Source: Ranitomeya imitator | Lineage: Eukaryota | Assembly: GCF_032444005.1 (NCBI RefSeq) | Contig: NC_091287.1 | Span: 483,600,001-483,664,000, forward strand | Length of the DNA stretch: 64,000 nucleotides | Direction of reading: 5' to 3' | Shown: piece after piece, positions 52,645-64,000 of the stretch | Numbering within the stretch: the first letter of the stretch is position 1 | Layout: each line of letters begins with the position of its first letter | The notes under the pieces: model-generated | Seen by the model: the letters and a program-made list of their open reading frames with translations, nothing else | Told to the model about the DNA's origin: nothing | Database searches by the model: none | Position numbers and translations under genes: made by a program

Positions 52645-52804
52645 CTGAGAAAAGTATCCCTTGTCCGCAGTACTTGTCACTTTGCCATTCTCCTTCATAG
52701 ACGTCACCATTGGCGTATATCATCTTGCCCCATCCGCTCCGTTGACCGCACTCCCAGCCTCCCTCATAGTATTCATCCTCAGAGAAGTAGTAAGTCCCAT
52801 ATCC
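52645..52804 (-). CDS. MORN3: MORN3-like gene exon 3
   Basis: ttccag| GYGTYYFSEDEYYEGGWECGQRSGWGKMIYANGDVYEGEWQSDKYCGQGILFS |gtaat; phase 0-1. Confidence 0.92.
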
Positions 52805-53033
52805 CTGGAAAGAGACGGAAGCCACCATTCACACTCGGTGATATTTATATGTCCTAGATACAGAAGCTTCCATATCCTGTAATTATAATCACATGATCTC
52901 TTGTATTCTGCTCTCACCTTTACATTAGAGCTAAAGATGGCGGTCATCCTGGACGACCCCATCAGGTCAATCATACTACGGCAACAGCGTCCAGTCCTGT
53001 AGCTCATAGACAGGACGTAAAGAAACAACTTAC

Positions 53034-53191
53034 GTGTTTCTTATCGTTCTTCCAGTTCCCAGCATAAACCCTGATGTATTCTCCGGTGCTGGGGGACTTA
53101 ATGGCATATGTGCCGCATCCACTCCTCTTCCCACGGATCCAGTCCCCTTGGTAGATTGCATTGGCTTCCTTGTAGATACATGCGCCTTTAC
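53034..53191 (-). CDS. MORN3: MORN3-like gene exon 2
   Basis: ttcag| GKGACIYKEANAIYQGDWIRGKRSGCGTYAIKSPSTGEYIRVYAGNWKNDKKH |gtaagt; MORN repeats; phase 1-0. Confidence 0.9.
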
Positions 53192-53484
53192 CTGAAATAA
53201 CAGTTAAAAGACATAATCAGTGCAGAGAATATATACCGTAGATAGGAAAAAATAAAGCATCCTTATAGGGTATATGTCTGTTTTTCAGGCGGATTCTGCT
53301 CGAAAAATAGCAGAGAAACTGATGCAAAAAAATGAGCATAATTCACAGCAATGACAAAACCAACACTCCAGTGCACATGTTCAGTCTTATGTTACTTCTT
53401 CCAAATTTTGGAAACCGTGATACTTTAGAAATAAGAAGACAGCTGTGGTTCCACCGCAAAGACGACAGCAAAACTGCTAGTTAA

Positions 53485-53812
53485 AGGGACTCTGTCACCT
53501 GAATTTGGCGGGACTGGTTTTGGGTCATATGGGCGGAGTTTTCAGGTGTTTGATTCACCCTTTCCTTACCCGCTGGCTGCATGCTGGCCGCAATATTGGA
53601 TTGAAGTTCATTCTCTGTCCTCCATAGTACACGCCTGCGCAAAGCAATCTTGCCTTGCGCAGGCGTGTACTATGGAGGACAGAGAATGAACTTCAATCCA
53701 ATATTGCAGCCAGCATGCAGCCAGCGGGTAAGGAAAGGGTGAATCAAACACCTGAAAACTCCGCCCATATGACCCAAAACCAGTCCTGCCAAATTCAGGT
53801 GACAGGTTCCCT
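53485..53812. mobile_element. TTAA-flanked palindromic MITE
   Basis: AGGGACTCTGTCACC...GGTGACAGGTTCCCT with TTAA on both sides. Confidence 0.85.
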
Positions 53813-54429
53813 TTAAGCTGCTACAGGACAAAAAATTGCTGGCTTTTTCCTGAAGTTTCTTGGCCTAGGAAAACTTTGGCGGGGCTGCCGGTGTCTTAAA
53901 GGCATCATGTGCACCTTGCTTTAAAGCCCAATACATACGGTAATTGCGATTGCATCTTCTCTTTTTTATCTAGTTTTTGTTGGTTTTTGCCTGTTTTTCG
54001 TTTACTTCCTATTTTTCTTTAATTTTCCACTCTTCTTTTTCTTTTCAGCCCTTTCTTCACATCGCAATTTTTTATTTTATTTTTTTCAATTTTTTTTCCT
54101 CCCCTTCCAAGGACCGTAACTTTTTTTATTCTTTCTTCAGTATAGCTATATGAGGGATGGTTTTGGTGGGACAAGTTGCACTTTTTGAATGACACCATCT
54201 ATTTTGCCATGTGGTATACTGAAAAACTGGAAAAAAAATTCCATGTGTGGAGAAATTCTGGAAAAAAAAAAGGTAATTCCATGTTTTTAAGGTTTTTTAT
54301 TTATCATGTTCATTATGTGGTAAACATACCCTGGCAATATGATTCTCTAGGTCAGCAAGAATACAGAGATTTAAATAATAATTACACTAGCACCCCTAAA
54401 TATGTGACATAGATAAAGCAATACTAATC

Positions 54430-56370
54430 GCATTATTAGCTGCTGGAGATATTATACAATTCTGCACGCCCCGTATTTACCAGTATGATACAGAAAAATC
54501 TCTGCGCTATTTGTATGTTAATGACACCAGCTAATATTATTATCATTACACCTACTACATAATGGGATATGATCTTGGAGAATACCCTTTTAAGTATGAC
54601 CCCAAGACACTGGGCATGTTCCTGGGGAGTAATGGTAGAACCACACACGAAAATGGCATTATCGGGAATAGGTAGGTTAGTGTAGGGAGGAAACACAAGG
54701 AGATCAGTTTTTGACAAATTCACTTTTAGATGGAGGGAGAACATAATCTTTGAGACAGTAGAAAGACAATCACTGGTATTTTATAGTAATGCAGGCGTGA
54801 TGTCAGGAGTGGAGGTGTATAATTGGGTATCATCAGCATAGAGATGGTACTGAAAACCAAATCTACTGATTGCTTGTCCAATAGGGGCAGTATACAAAGA
54901 GAAGAGGGGGCCTAGGACAGATCCTTGAGGAACCCCAACAGTAAGGAGAAGGTGAAAGGAGGAACCAGCAAAACATACAGTGAAGGAGCGATCAGAGAGA
55001 TAGAAGAACCAGAAGATAGTGGTATCTTTGAGGCTGATAGAGCGGAGCGTAGTGAGGAGGAGCTGGTGATCCACAGTGTCGAATGCTGTAGAGATCCAGG
55101 AGAATCAGCAAGTAGTGACCATTAGATGTAGGTGCAAAAAAACAAAAAACCTGACCAGCACCTCCATGTCACGTGAACAGCTGCACGCTACAATGACTGC
55201 ATAGCATACAAAAAAGGGGGACACAGCAGTACTCTGTAAGGACCAAGATATCTGCACACCACAAGATCTAAACTACATTGTTGCTGAATAAAATGTACTA
55301 AGAAAATAAAAAAAGTACTTACAAAAAATTAAGGTTCTTAGCGCAGACACCGCTTGCACCTGTTCACACTATATGGAGGTGCCGGTCAGGTATCTTTGCT
55401 TTTTGCAGTGCATTTAATTAGTGCTGGTTTCTACCTGCCCATTTAAAACTGTAGGTTAATAACACGAGAGAGGCATGTTTAGGGTGATAGGACCCATCAG
55501 AGAAGTGTCACCATGCCATGGTTGATGGGCACACATGAATTGGACAATGTATGTGCTAAGAACCTTCATTTTTTTGTTTTTTTTGTAAGTACTTTTTTAT
55601 TTTCTTAGCACATTTTATTCAGCACCAATGTAGTGTTTGCATATATCGTGGTCTTTTCAGAGTGCTGCTGTGTCCATCTTTTGCATTAGATGTAACTGTT
55701 AGTAGATCAGTAGAGACTTTAGTGAGGGCCATTTCCATAGAGTGCAAAGAGTGGAAACCAGATTGTGAAAGGTCAAGAAGAGCATTATCTCAGAGATAGC
55801 AGATTGGACGGGACTGGACCAAGTGTTACCGGAGTTTAGGGATAAAGTGAAGATTAGAGACGTGTCTTTAGTTAGCAGTGCAGTTCTGGTCGAGGGATTT
55901 TTTTTTCAGTAAAGGGGTAATGATGACATGTTTGAATGAAGAGGGAAAGATACTAGAAGAAAGAATAATGTTAGATATTTTAGTTAAGTGGGAAAAGATA
56001 GCCGGGTAGAGAGACTGGTGGAGATGTGAGGGAATGGGGTCACAAATGCAGGTTGTAAAGCGAAAAGAGGCAAAGAGCTTGGTAACTCCTTCTTTTGTAA
56101 CAGCTTAAAAGGTGGAAAGTAAGCTTGAGGTGGGAAGGGGATCCAGGTTTTGGTGGAGTTGTGCGAAAACATCCTGATGTACAGTATATGGGTGATATTT
56201 TCTCTGAAATAAGTGGCAAGATTGTCAGCTCTGAAGTTGGTGATGGGTGCTTGTACTTAAGGGTTCAGGGAGTGAAAAGTTTTAAAAAATTGTTTTGAAT
56301 TGTCCGCTAGTGATGTGATGAAGGTAGTGAAGTAGACTTGTTTAGCCAAATGGAGATGTTCTGACTGCTA
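54430..56370 (-). mobile_element. Degenerate L2 LINE in MORN3-like intron 1, split by a 553-bp insertion
   Basis: [11 protein letters not shown]...YADD; closely similar to the 20090-21968 copy. Confidence 0.85.
55131..55683. mobile_element. Inverted-repeat insertion with 11-bp TSD (CATTAGATGTA)
   Basis: TSD at 55120-30 and 55684-94; ~140-bp diverged inverted arms ~55205-55345 / ~55555-55683; removal restores the L2 sequence. Confidence 0.8.
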
Positions 56371-56873
56371 AAGAACATTCATACAGGTAACGTACAAACA
56401 AGGGAGACAGGTCCCTGTTTAGACTAGGAATAGCTATTCTCTGACCCTTGTCTCTCCTTATCTGACAACGGAGGTTGGCACCTTAAGATAACACAATGGC
56501 GCTCCCACTCAATGACGGCTTACTCTGATTGTCCTTAGCAGCTCCTAGGATCGATAGAGCAGCAGTTCCCTAAGGAGTAAGGAAGCACACCCAAAACAAC
56601 TGCAACTAACACAAAATACAGCAAAGTGAATGAATCCAACAAAGGCTACCACCAGCAAGAAACACCAGTAGTGAAAGGTATTTAAAGCTGCACCTGAAAG
56701 GTGATAGGACAGACAAAGTACATGAAAACACCTGTTACTCAAAACCTCCAGAAACAAAACAGAACTACAACACCAAAAGAAAAGGTGCATCTGTTGTGGT
56801 TCAACAGGAAGAGGCGCAGAACATGAGATAAATATGTATTGGTGGAGTTGAAGAAACAGATATCCATTCTTAC

Positions 56874-57018
56874 CATGCTTCATGTTATCCATCCATTCCC
56901 CCGTGTACTCGTCTCCATTGACACTGTACACAGTGCTTCGCAGTCCTGATTTCTGAGCTTTTGTATCCCAGTCCCTACATAAGGCTTCAATTCTCCTGAA
57001 GGTCTTTCGAAGCGGCAT
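56874..57018 (-). CDS. MORN3: MORN3-like gene exon 1
   Basis: MPLRKTFRRIEALCRDWDTKAQKSGLRSTVYSVNGDEYTGEWMDNMKH aligns by eye with the MORN3 N-terminus (WDRKAQRNGLRSQVYAVNGDYYVGEW); donor G|GTAAG; may be a paralog rather than the ortholog. Confidence 0.88.
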
Positions 57019-57089
57019 GCTGGCAAGTCCTGGAATCACAGACAAATCTTTATCTACAGATCTCTCAGTGATAATTGAACACTGAACGC

Positions 57090-57760
57090 CCTGTCAGATC
57101 TGTCTATCATAAGAAATTACATTCCACTTTCCCCTGCATCACAAGTCGGCTGCCTCAGAGTATCCCTTGACCTTGTCCTGTCCTTCAACCACACATCCAA
57201 GCCCTAACCACCTCTGATTTAAAAATATTTAAAGAATTTGTCCTTTCCTCATCCCTGAATCTACTAAAATGTTAGTGCATGGCCTCATCATCTCCCATAT
57301 CGACTACTGCAATATTCTCCTCTGTGGAGTCCCAGCTAACGCTCTGCACCCCTCCAGTCTATCCTAAACTCTGCTGCCTGATTACTCAACTTCTCTCCTC
57401 GCTACTCCTCAGCCTCCGACAATCCCTTCTCTAGCTTCCAATTTCCCAGCGAATCCAGTTTAAACTACTAACAATAAGTTATACTCTACACTGTCTCCTC
57501 CATACATCTCCAAACTAATCTCCAGATACCTTCACAAACATACTCTCAGGTTCTCACAAGGCCTTCTTCTCTCCTCCACACTCATACATTCCTCTCCAAA
57601 TCGCCTCCTTCCCAAGCTTCCTCCATCCTTTTGAATTAATTGCTTTATATTCCAGTCCTCAAAATTGGAGCCCTCAGACATTGTCTGAAAACTCATCTCT
57701 TCAGAAATGCCTACAGCCAGCAATAACTCCGCTGCAACCTCACTCAAAAACCAATGAAAA
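57090..57760 (+). mobile_element. Old L2 3' fragment
   Basis: C/T-rich degenerate remnants of LVHGLIISHIDYCN. Confidence 0.6.
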
Positions 57761-59054
57761 CTAGATAAAAAAAACTAGTGCAAACAGAATAATGAATTTG
57801 GGCCTAAGGCTAAGACCATATGGCAACTTTGGTCACAACACCTGTCTCATGACCTAAGTACGCTCGGTGCTGCTGCTACATCGCAGCTATGTAAACGAAT
57901 GGGGTTGCATTCCAACACCTACACTACCTTGACAAGTAAGTCGAAAAAACATTAGACTCTGATGTATTTTTTGCAATTTGCATGCCGCAGCAGTTTAGGT
58001 GTGGCAATATGACCCCATTCACTTCTATGGAGCTGCAATGTAGCAGCGGCACAGAGCGTACTTAGGTCATGAGAAAACTGTTGTGACCAAAGATGCCGTA
58101 TAGTCTTAGTCCCCAATTCATTATTCTGTTTTCGTCTAGATTTCGGTGGTTTAAGCCCGTTTTTTGAGTAAGGTGGCAGCAGGCTTATTGCTGGCTGTAG
58201 GCTTTTCTGAAGAGATGAGTTGCCAATGTCACATGTAGCTCTAGCCTGAATCTTTACATTCCAGTACAATTATAGCTCCTTGTTGTTATACTGTAGCTTT
58301 GGATGGCCCCATTCATTGTGCCATACAACGTACTGAAAATTAAAAAAAATCCTAGTGCAGTGAAGGGGTAAAGAAAAGCAGTTTTTTCAGTATTTACTGT
58401 GCAGTAAAATGACATCTACTATATAATTGTCTAAAGGGTACTTCCGTATTTCTATCTGTCTTTCTGTCTGTCACGGAAATCCCAAGTCGCTGATTGGTTG
58501 CAACCAATCAGTGACAGGCACAGTCCAGCCGCGAAATAGCCGCTCCCTACTCCCCTGCACTCAGTGCCCCCTCCATACTACCCCCCCCCCCCCCAGTTGG
58601 CACCCACCACCCACATAGCGTTGTAGCAGTCCGTAAAACCGACTGCGTTACACCGCGGCATAACGCTGTGTAACGCAGTCTGTTAATGCTACTATTAACC
58701 CTATGTGACGAACTTTTTACTATTGATGCTGCCTATGCAGCATCAATAGTAAAAAGATCTAATGTTAAAAATAATAAAAAAAATAAAAAATCGTGCTATT
58801 CTCACCTTCCGGCGCCTTTCCCGTTCCTCCCGACGCTCCGGGCCATGCATTGCGGTCTCGCGAGATGATGACCTAGTGCTCTCGCGAGACAACTACGTCA
58901 TCATCTTGCGAGACCACAATGCATTCTTGGGACCAGGGTGTTGCGAGGAGCATCGCTAAATGCCTCGCCTGGATCCAGGGGCTGCCGGAGGGAGAGTATA
59001 TAACTATTTTTTATTTTAACTTTTTTTTTAACAGGGATATGGTGCCCACACTGC

Positions 59055-60000
59055 TATATAGTACTTGGGCTGTGTTATATACTGCGTGGCTGCTATATAC
59101 TACGTGGGCAGTGTTGTATACTACGTGGGCTGTTATATACTACGTGGGCTGTTATATACTATGTGGGCAGTGTTATATACTACGTGGACAGTGTTATATG
59201 CTACGTGGGCTGTTATATACTACGTGGGCTGTTATATACTACGTGGGCTGTTATATACTACGTGGGCTGTGTTATATACTGCGTGGGCTGTGTTATATGC
59301 TGCGTGGGCAGTGTTATATACTACGTGGGCTGTTATATACTGCGTGGGCACTGTTATATACTGCGTGGACTGTCTTATATACTATGTGGGCAGTGTTATA
59401 TACTACGTGGGCAGTGTTATATACTGCGTGGGCTGTGCTATATACTACGTGCCTGTGTTATATACTACGTGGGCTGTGTTATATACTATGTGGGCTGTGT
59501 TATATACTGCATGGGCAGTGTTATGATACAGCGTGGGCTGTGTTATATACTACGTGCCTGTGTTATATACTACGTGGGCTGTGTTATGTACTACGTGGGC
59601 TATGTTATATACTACGTGGGCAGTGTTATATACTGCGTGGGCTGTGTTATATACTATGTGCCTGTGTATAATACTACGTGGGCTGTGTTATATACTACGT
59701 GGGCTGTGTTATATACTGCGTGGGCAGTTATATACAGCGTGGGATGTGTTATATACTATGTGGGCTGTGTTATATACTACGTGCCTGTTATATACTACGT
59801 GGGCTGTTATTTACTATGCGGCTGTGCTATATACTATGTGGGCAGTTTTATATACTAAGTGGCTGCTATATACTACGTGGCTATGCTATATACTACGTGG
59901 CTATGCTATATACTATGTGGCTGTCTGTGTTATGTGGGCTGTGTTATATACTGTGTGGGCTGTGCTATATACTGCGCGGGCTCTGTTATATACTACGTGG
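59055..60000. repeat. Degenerate 19-22 bp minisatellite (GCTGTGTTATATACTACGTGG)
   Basis: Directly visible; explains the Cys/Tyr/Val-rich ORFs 58919-60153. Confidence 0.93.
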
Positions 60001-60077
60001 GTGTGTTTGTTCATACACGCAAAAAAAAAGGTACAAGTGTCATCAGCATTTTGGATCCTTGTTTCAGTTACTATTAA

Positions 60078-60694
60078 AGGGAATCTGTCACCTCATTTTT
60101 TGGCTATAAGCTGCGGTCACCGCCATCAGGGGCTTATCTACAGCATTCTGTAATGCTGCAGATAAGCCCCAGATATAACCTGAAAGATAAGAAAAACAAG
60201 TTAGATTTTGCTCACCAAGGGGCGGTCCCGATCCGATGGGCATCGCAGGTCCGGCGCCTCCCATCTTTATGCGATAACCTCTTCCTTGCTTCTGTCACGG
60301 CTCCTGCGCAGGCGTAATTCTCTGCCCTGTTGAGGGCAGAGCAAAGTACTGCAGTGCGCAAGTGCCGGGAAAGGTCAGAGAGGACCAGCGCCTGCACTGC
60401 AGTACTTTACGCTGCCCTCAACAGGGCAGATAAAGTACGCCTGCGCAGGAGCCATGAGAGGAAGCTTATAAGAGGACGTCACTGTATGAAGATGGGAGGC
60501 GCTGGACCCTGATCCGTGACGCCCATCAGACCGTACCGCACCAGGACCGCCCCTGGGTGAGTATAATCTAACTTGTTTTTCTTACCTTTCAGGATACATC
60601 GGGGGCTTATCTACAGCATTACAGAATGCTGTAGATAAGCCCCTGATGCCGGTGGTCGCAGCTTATAGGCCAAAAATGAGGTGACAGATTCCCT
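60078..60694. mobile_element. TTAA-flanked MITE with long inverted arms
   Basis: AGGGAATCTGTCACCTCATTTT...AAAATGAGGTGACAGATTCCCT, TTAA on both sides. Confidence 0.85.
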
Positions 60695-63600
60695 TTAATG
60701 TTTTTCATGTATGAATAAATATACAAATCACGGACCCATAGTCTTGCATTGGTACTTTTCATCCGTGATGCCAATAAAAAACAGACATGTCTCAGTGATC
60801 TGCAAAAAAAACATGGATGTGTGAATAGTCCTATAGAGAATAATAGGTACGTGGTCTATCCGTGAAAATGACGGATCGAAAATATACGTGAAAAACGGAC
60901 GTCTGAATGAGGAATAAGGGATCATGTGTGTAAGGCCACGTTCACACATTCATTATTTGGTTCAGTATTTTACTCTTATTTGTAATCCAAAACCAGGAGT
61001 GGGTTATAAATACAGAAGTGGTGATGTGTTTCTATTATACTTTGCCTCTGATTGTTCCTCTCCTGGTTTTAGCTTACAAATACTGAGGTAAAATACTGAC
61101 CACATACTTACTGTGTGAACATGACCCAAGTCTGATGAAGGTAGATCATACTCACTGGTCACCATCTTCTCTGGGTGTCAACGATGCTCCGGTCTGTTGC
61201 GGCACCACGTCACGTGCATTTATGACCTGCAGAATCACATCATGGTTGATGTGTGGAAGTCACTTTTGAATGTGAAAGATTAATTGCCGATCTACATGGT
61301 GATCTGGGAGGTTACAGATGTGGCCACGTTGTGCAGGAGAGGACCGGAAAGCCGCAGAAACCAGAAGATGGCAGCCGGAGAGTAAGTTACTACCTTTATA
61401 ACACTTACATATCTAACAAAGGGGCAAAAAAAAATCATTTGCACCCTACGTTCGAGTTGCGGCATGATGGTTGCCCGAATTGGTGCAACTGATGGCTTGC
61501 ACCACTTAGTCATTAACAATGACATTTTGAGGGGTCGTTGCTGTTACCGGTGGGTGTTGGTTTGCTGTGTGTGGAGTGGGCTCAGCGCTCCATAGACCCA
61601 CACCTGAAATGTATGATGTTGTCAGGAAGGAGTTAAAACATTTTACCTAATAGGTCAAATCCAATCCACATATACAGTAAGTCACTCAGTCGACTAGCAA
61701 GGAGGAAGATTTATGAAACTGTCTAAAAAAATAGGCCTTATTGCCTATAGCAACCAATCACAGCACAGCTTTCATATCTAATTGTGCTTTTGAAAAATGA
61801 AAGCTGTGCTGTGATTGGTTGCTATGGGAAACCATGGCCGATAGGTAGTTTACATAAGAAAACAGAGCTAATCTTCCTCAATTCCAGAGATAATTGAACA
61901 GAGCTAATCTTCCTTCGCAGCATCTCTGGCACTCTGCAGACTTCCTATTTTATCAGCTGATTTAAAGGGGTTCTCCTGGGAAAATAAGATCTCACAATAG
62001 GTGATAACTTTTTGATCAGTGGGGGTTTGACCGCTGGGTTCTCATACTAATCAGCAGAACAAGGCACATGTGCATTCATTCTCTCCAGCGATTCTGTATG
62101 GGGCTGAATGGATTGGGATTCCGACCAGTTCTCCGTTTCGTAGGGAGAGAAAAGTGCCCCATTCTGCCTATCAGTGCGGATCTAAGCGGTTGGATCCCCA
62201 CCGATCAGCAAGTTATCACCTATCTTGTGGATAGGTGATAATGTGTTTTGCTGGTTGAGCAATTTAATCCTACTTGCCTCTTCCCTTTGCTAGCTTGGGA
62301 TCCTATTATGTCCTTTCCATGCTATCAAAATGCAAATATTTATATACCAGCATAAGTCAATATAGTGTAATTAGTATCTTAATATGCAAACGGCACAAGA
62401 GAAATCAGGAAAAAGAGAATAAAGACTTGGCCTAAACAATGGTAGCCATTGGCCCTTTATGCACAAGCCCTGTTGATGATAAGTACAGAGGTAGTGAAAA
62501 ATGTGGAGGAGCGTCTGTCGCATGTAGAGCTGGACAGCCAGAGCTGTAATTTAGTGGGCTGCAAGGCAACACATAATCCAAAATAATAAAGCTAAGCAAA
62601 GAGATTTGCGGGACCCTCGTCCAGAAGCTATGTCTTTAGTCGGAGGATGCTGGACCAGAGCCTTACAAGTCTCTTCCTACCTGCTCATCCCGATTAATAG
62701 GCCCAATGCAATGTAATCATGCTACTAATCAGCAGAGACATCATGGAGGTCGGCAGGTAGGAGACTTGCAGAGCTGTAGTTTGGCAGTCATGGACTATTT
62801 TCTTAGCTGTTGGACCAAAATCCTCCAAATCTTTTTGCTCAAATCTAATGATAAGCCATGGTGTTTAAAGGGAACCTGTAGGTCAGCAGGATTGTGCACA
62901 GTAACCTACAGACAGTGTCAGATTGGCGTTGTTATACTGATTAAATGATACCTGGGTGATAATATTCCTCGTGTGGTTGTTGTTTAATCTTTATTTGTAG
63001 TTTTCAGTTAATGAGATTCTCATGCTCTGGGGCTGTTGTGGTGCTCTGCTTAGATATTCATCTTTATAGCTTATGACAGGTCCCTGATCCCTCAATGACC
63101 TGCCCCCTATTTTACATAATGCATATAATAGTGCGGGCTTAGAAATAAAAATTACATCTAGCAAAATAGCGCCGCCGTCGCCATTTTGCTGGATGGAAAA
63201 AAAACTGTGGCTGCAGCAAAATGGCGCCGGCACTTGCGCAGTATCATCTACTGGTTAGCGTTAGATGCTATTACGCGGTCGTCGCCATGATGCTGGATGT
63301 AAATTTTTTCTAAGTCAACAATATTAGGTCGGTTTCACACGTCTAGATATTTCCGGTACCGGAAAAATTGGTACCGGAGATGTCCGTGTGCTCACGTGGT
63401 ACACCGTGTGGCATACGTGCGGCAGCCGTGTGCTGCATCTGGATCACATGGACAGCGCCGTGAAGCAGCGCTACAATAAGCGCTGTTCCCCTGCTTGTGG
63501 TGCTGAAGCTGGCTGTAATCCCTTCTCCCCTGCTCGGCCGAAAGCAGCGCGAACAGGGGAGAAGGGATGAAAGAAAAACCGACGTGGAGTCCCCTCTATA

Positions 63601-64000
63601 TTTTCCAACCAACCCGGCAAAACTGACAGGTGCGGGCTGCTATTCTCAGGCTGGTAAGGGGCCATGGCTATGGGGCCCCCCAGCCTTAGAAAAGCAGCCC
63701 AGAAAAGGCGCATCTATGTGATGCGCCAATTCTGGAGCTTTGCCAGGTTCTTCGCATTGCCCTGTGGCATTGGCATATGGGGTAATAAGGGGTTAATGTC
63801 ACCTTGCTATTGTAACGTGACATTAAGCCTGGTTAATAATGGAGAGGTGTCAATAAGACACCTATCCATTATTAAGCCACTAGTATGAAAGGGTTAAAAA
63901 TCACACACATATTAAAAATAAAGTATTTTAATGAAAGAAAGAAACACACTGGTTTTATTATCTTTATTGTACGCTCAATCCAACCGAAACCCTCGTTCTC

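Noticed and set aside
58919-60153. Cys/Tyr/Val-rich keratin-associated-like ORFs
   Set aside because: Overlapping frames of a degenerate 19-22 bp minisatellite with constant frameshifts
61817-61832. RFX X-box-like GTTGCTATGGGAAAC upstream of the MORN3-like gene
   Set aside because: Part of a small inverted-repeat element (~61745-61830) and ~4.8 kb from the ATG; transcription start unknown
57100-64000. Expected LRRC69 exons
   Set aside because: No leucine-rich-repeat coding segment with splice sites recognised

Overview
Vertebrate genomic DNA, most likely from an anuran amphibian (inferred from the CR1/L2/DIRS/Harbinger/TTAA-MITE repertoire). Three host genes are recognisable. (1) Exon 1 of PIP4P2/TMEM55A (- strand, ATG 11127), head-to-head with (2) a complete 7-exon OTUD6B (+, 19593-37969, 293 aa, all GT-AG junctions in phase). 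(3) A convergent, complete 5-exon MORN3-like gene (-, 57018-50594, 258 aa). Most of the rest is repeat. There are five tandem arrays (22, 27, 24, 51 and ~20 bp units), which explain all the very long ORFs in the track. OTUD6B intron 5 holds a complete but decayed DIRS1-type retroelement carrying four nested insertions, one of them a 612-bp-arm near-perfect foldback with a 17-bp target duplication. Also present are a 5.8-kb near-intact Harbinger (spliced transposase with one frameshift, intact 5-exon MADF gene), CR1/L2/Tc1 relics, a Penelope-like remnant with a hammerhead-like motif, and many MITEs. All coordinates were read by hand; no database search was run.
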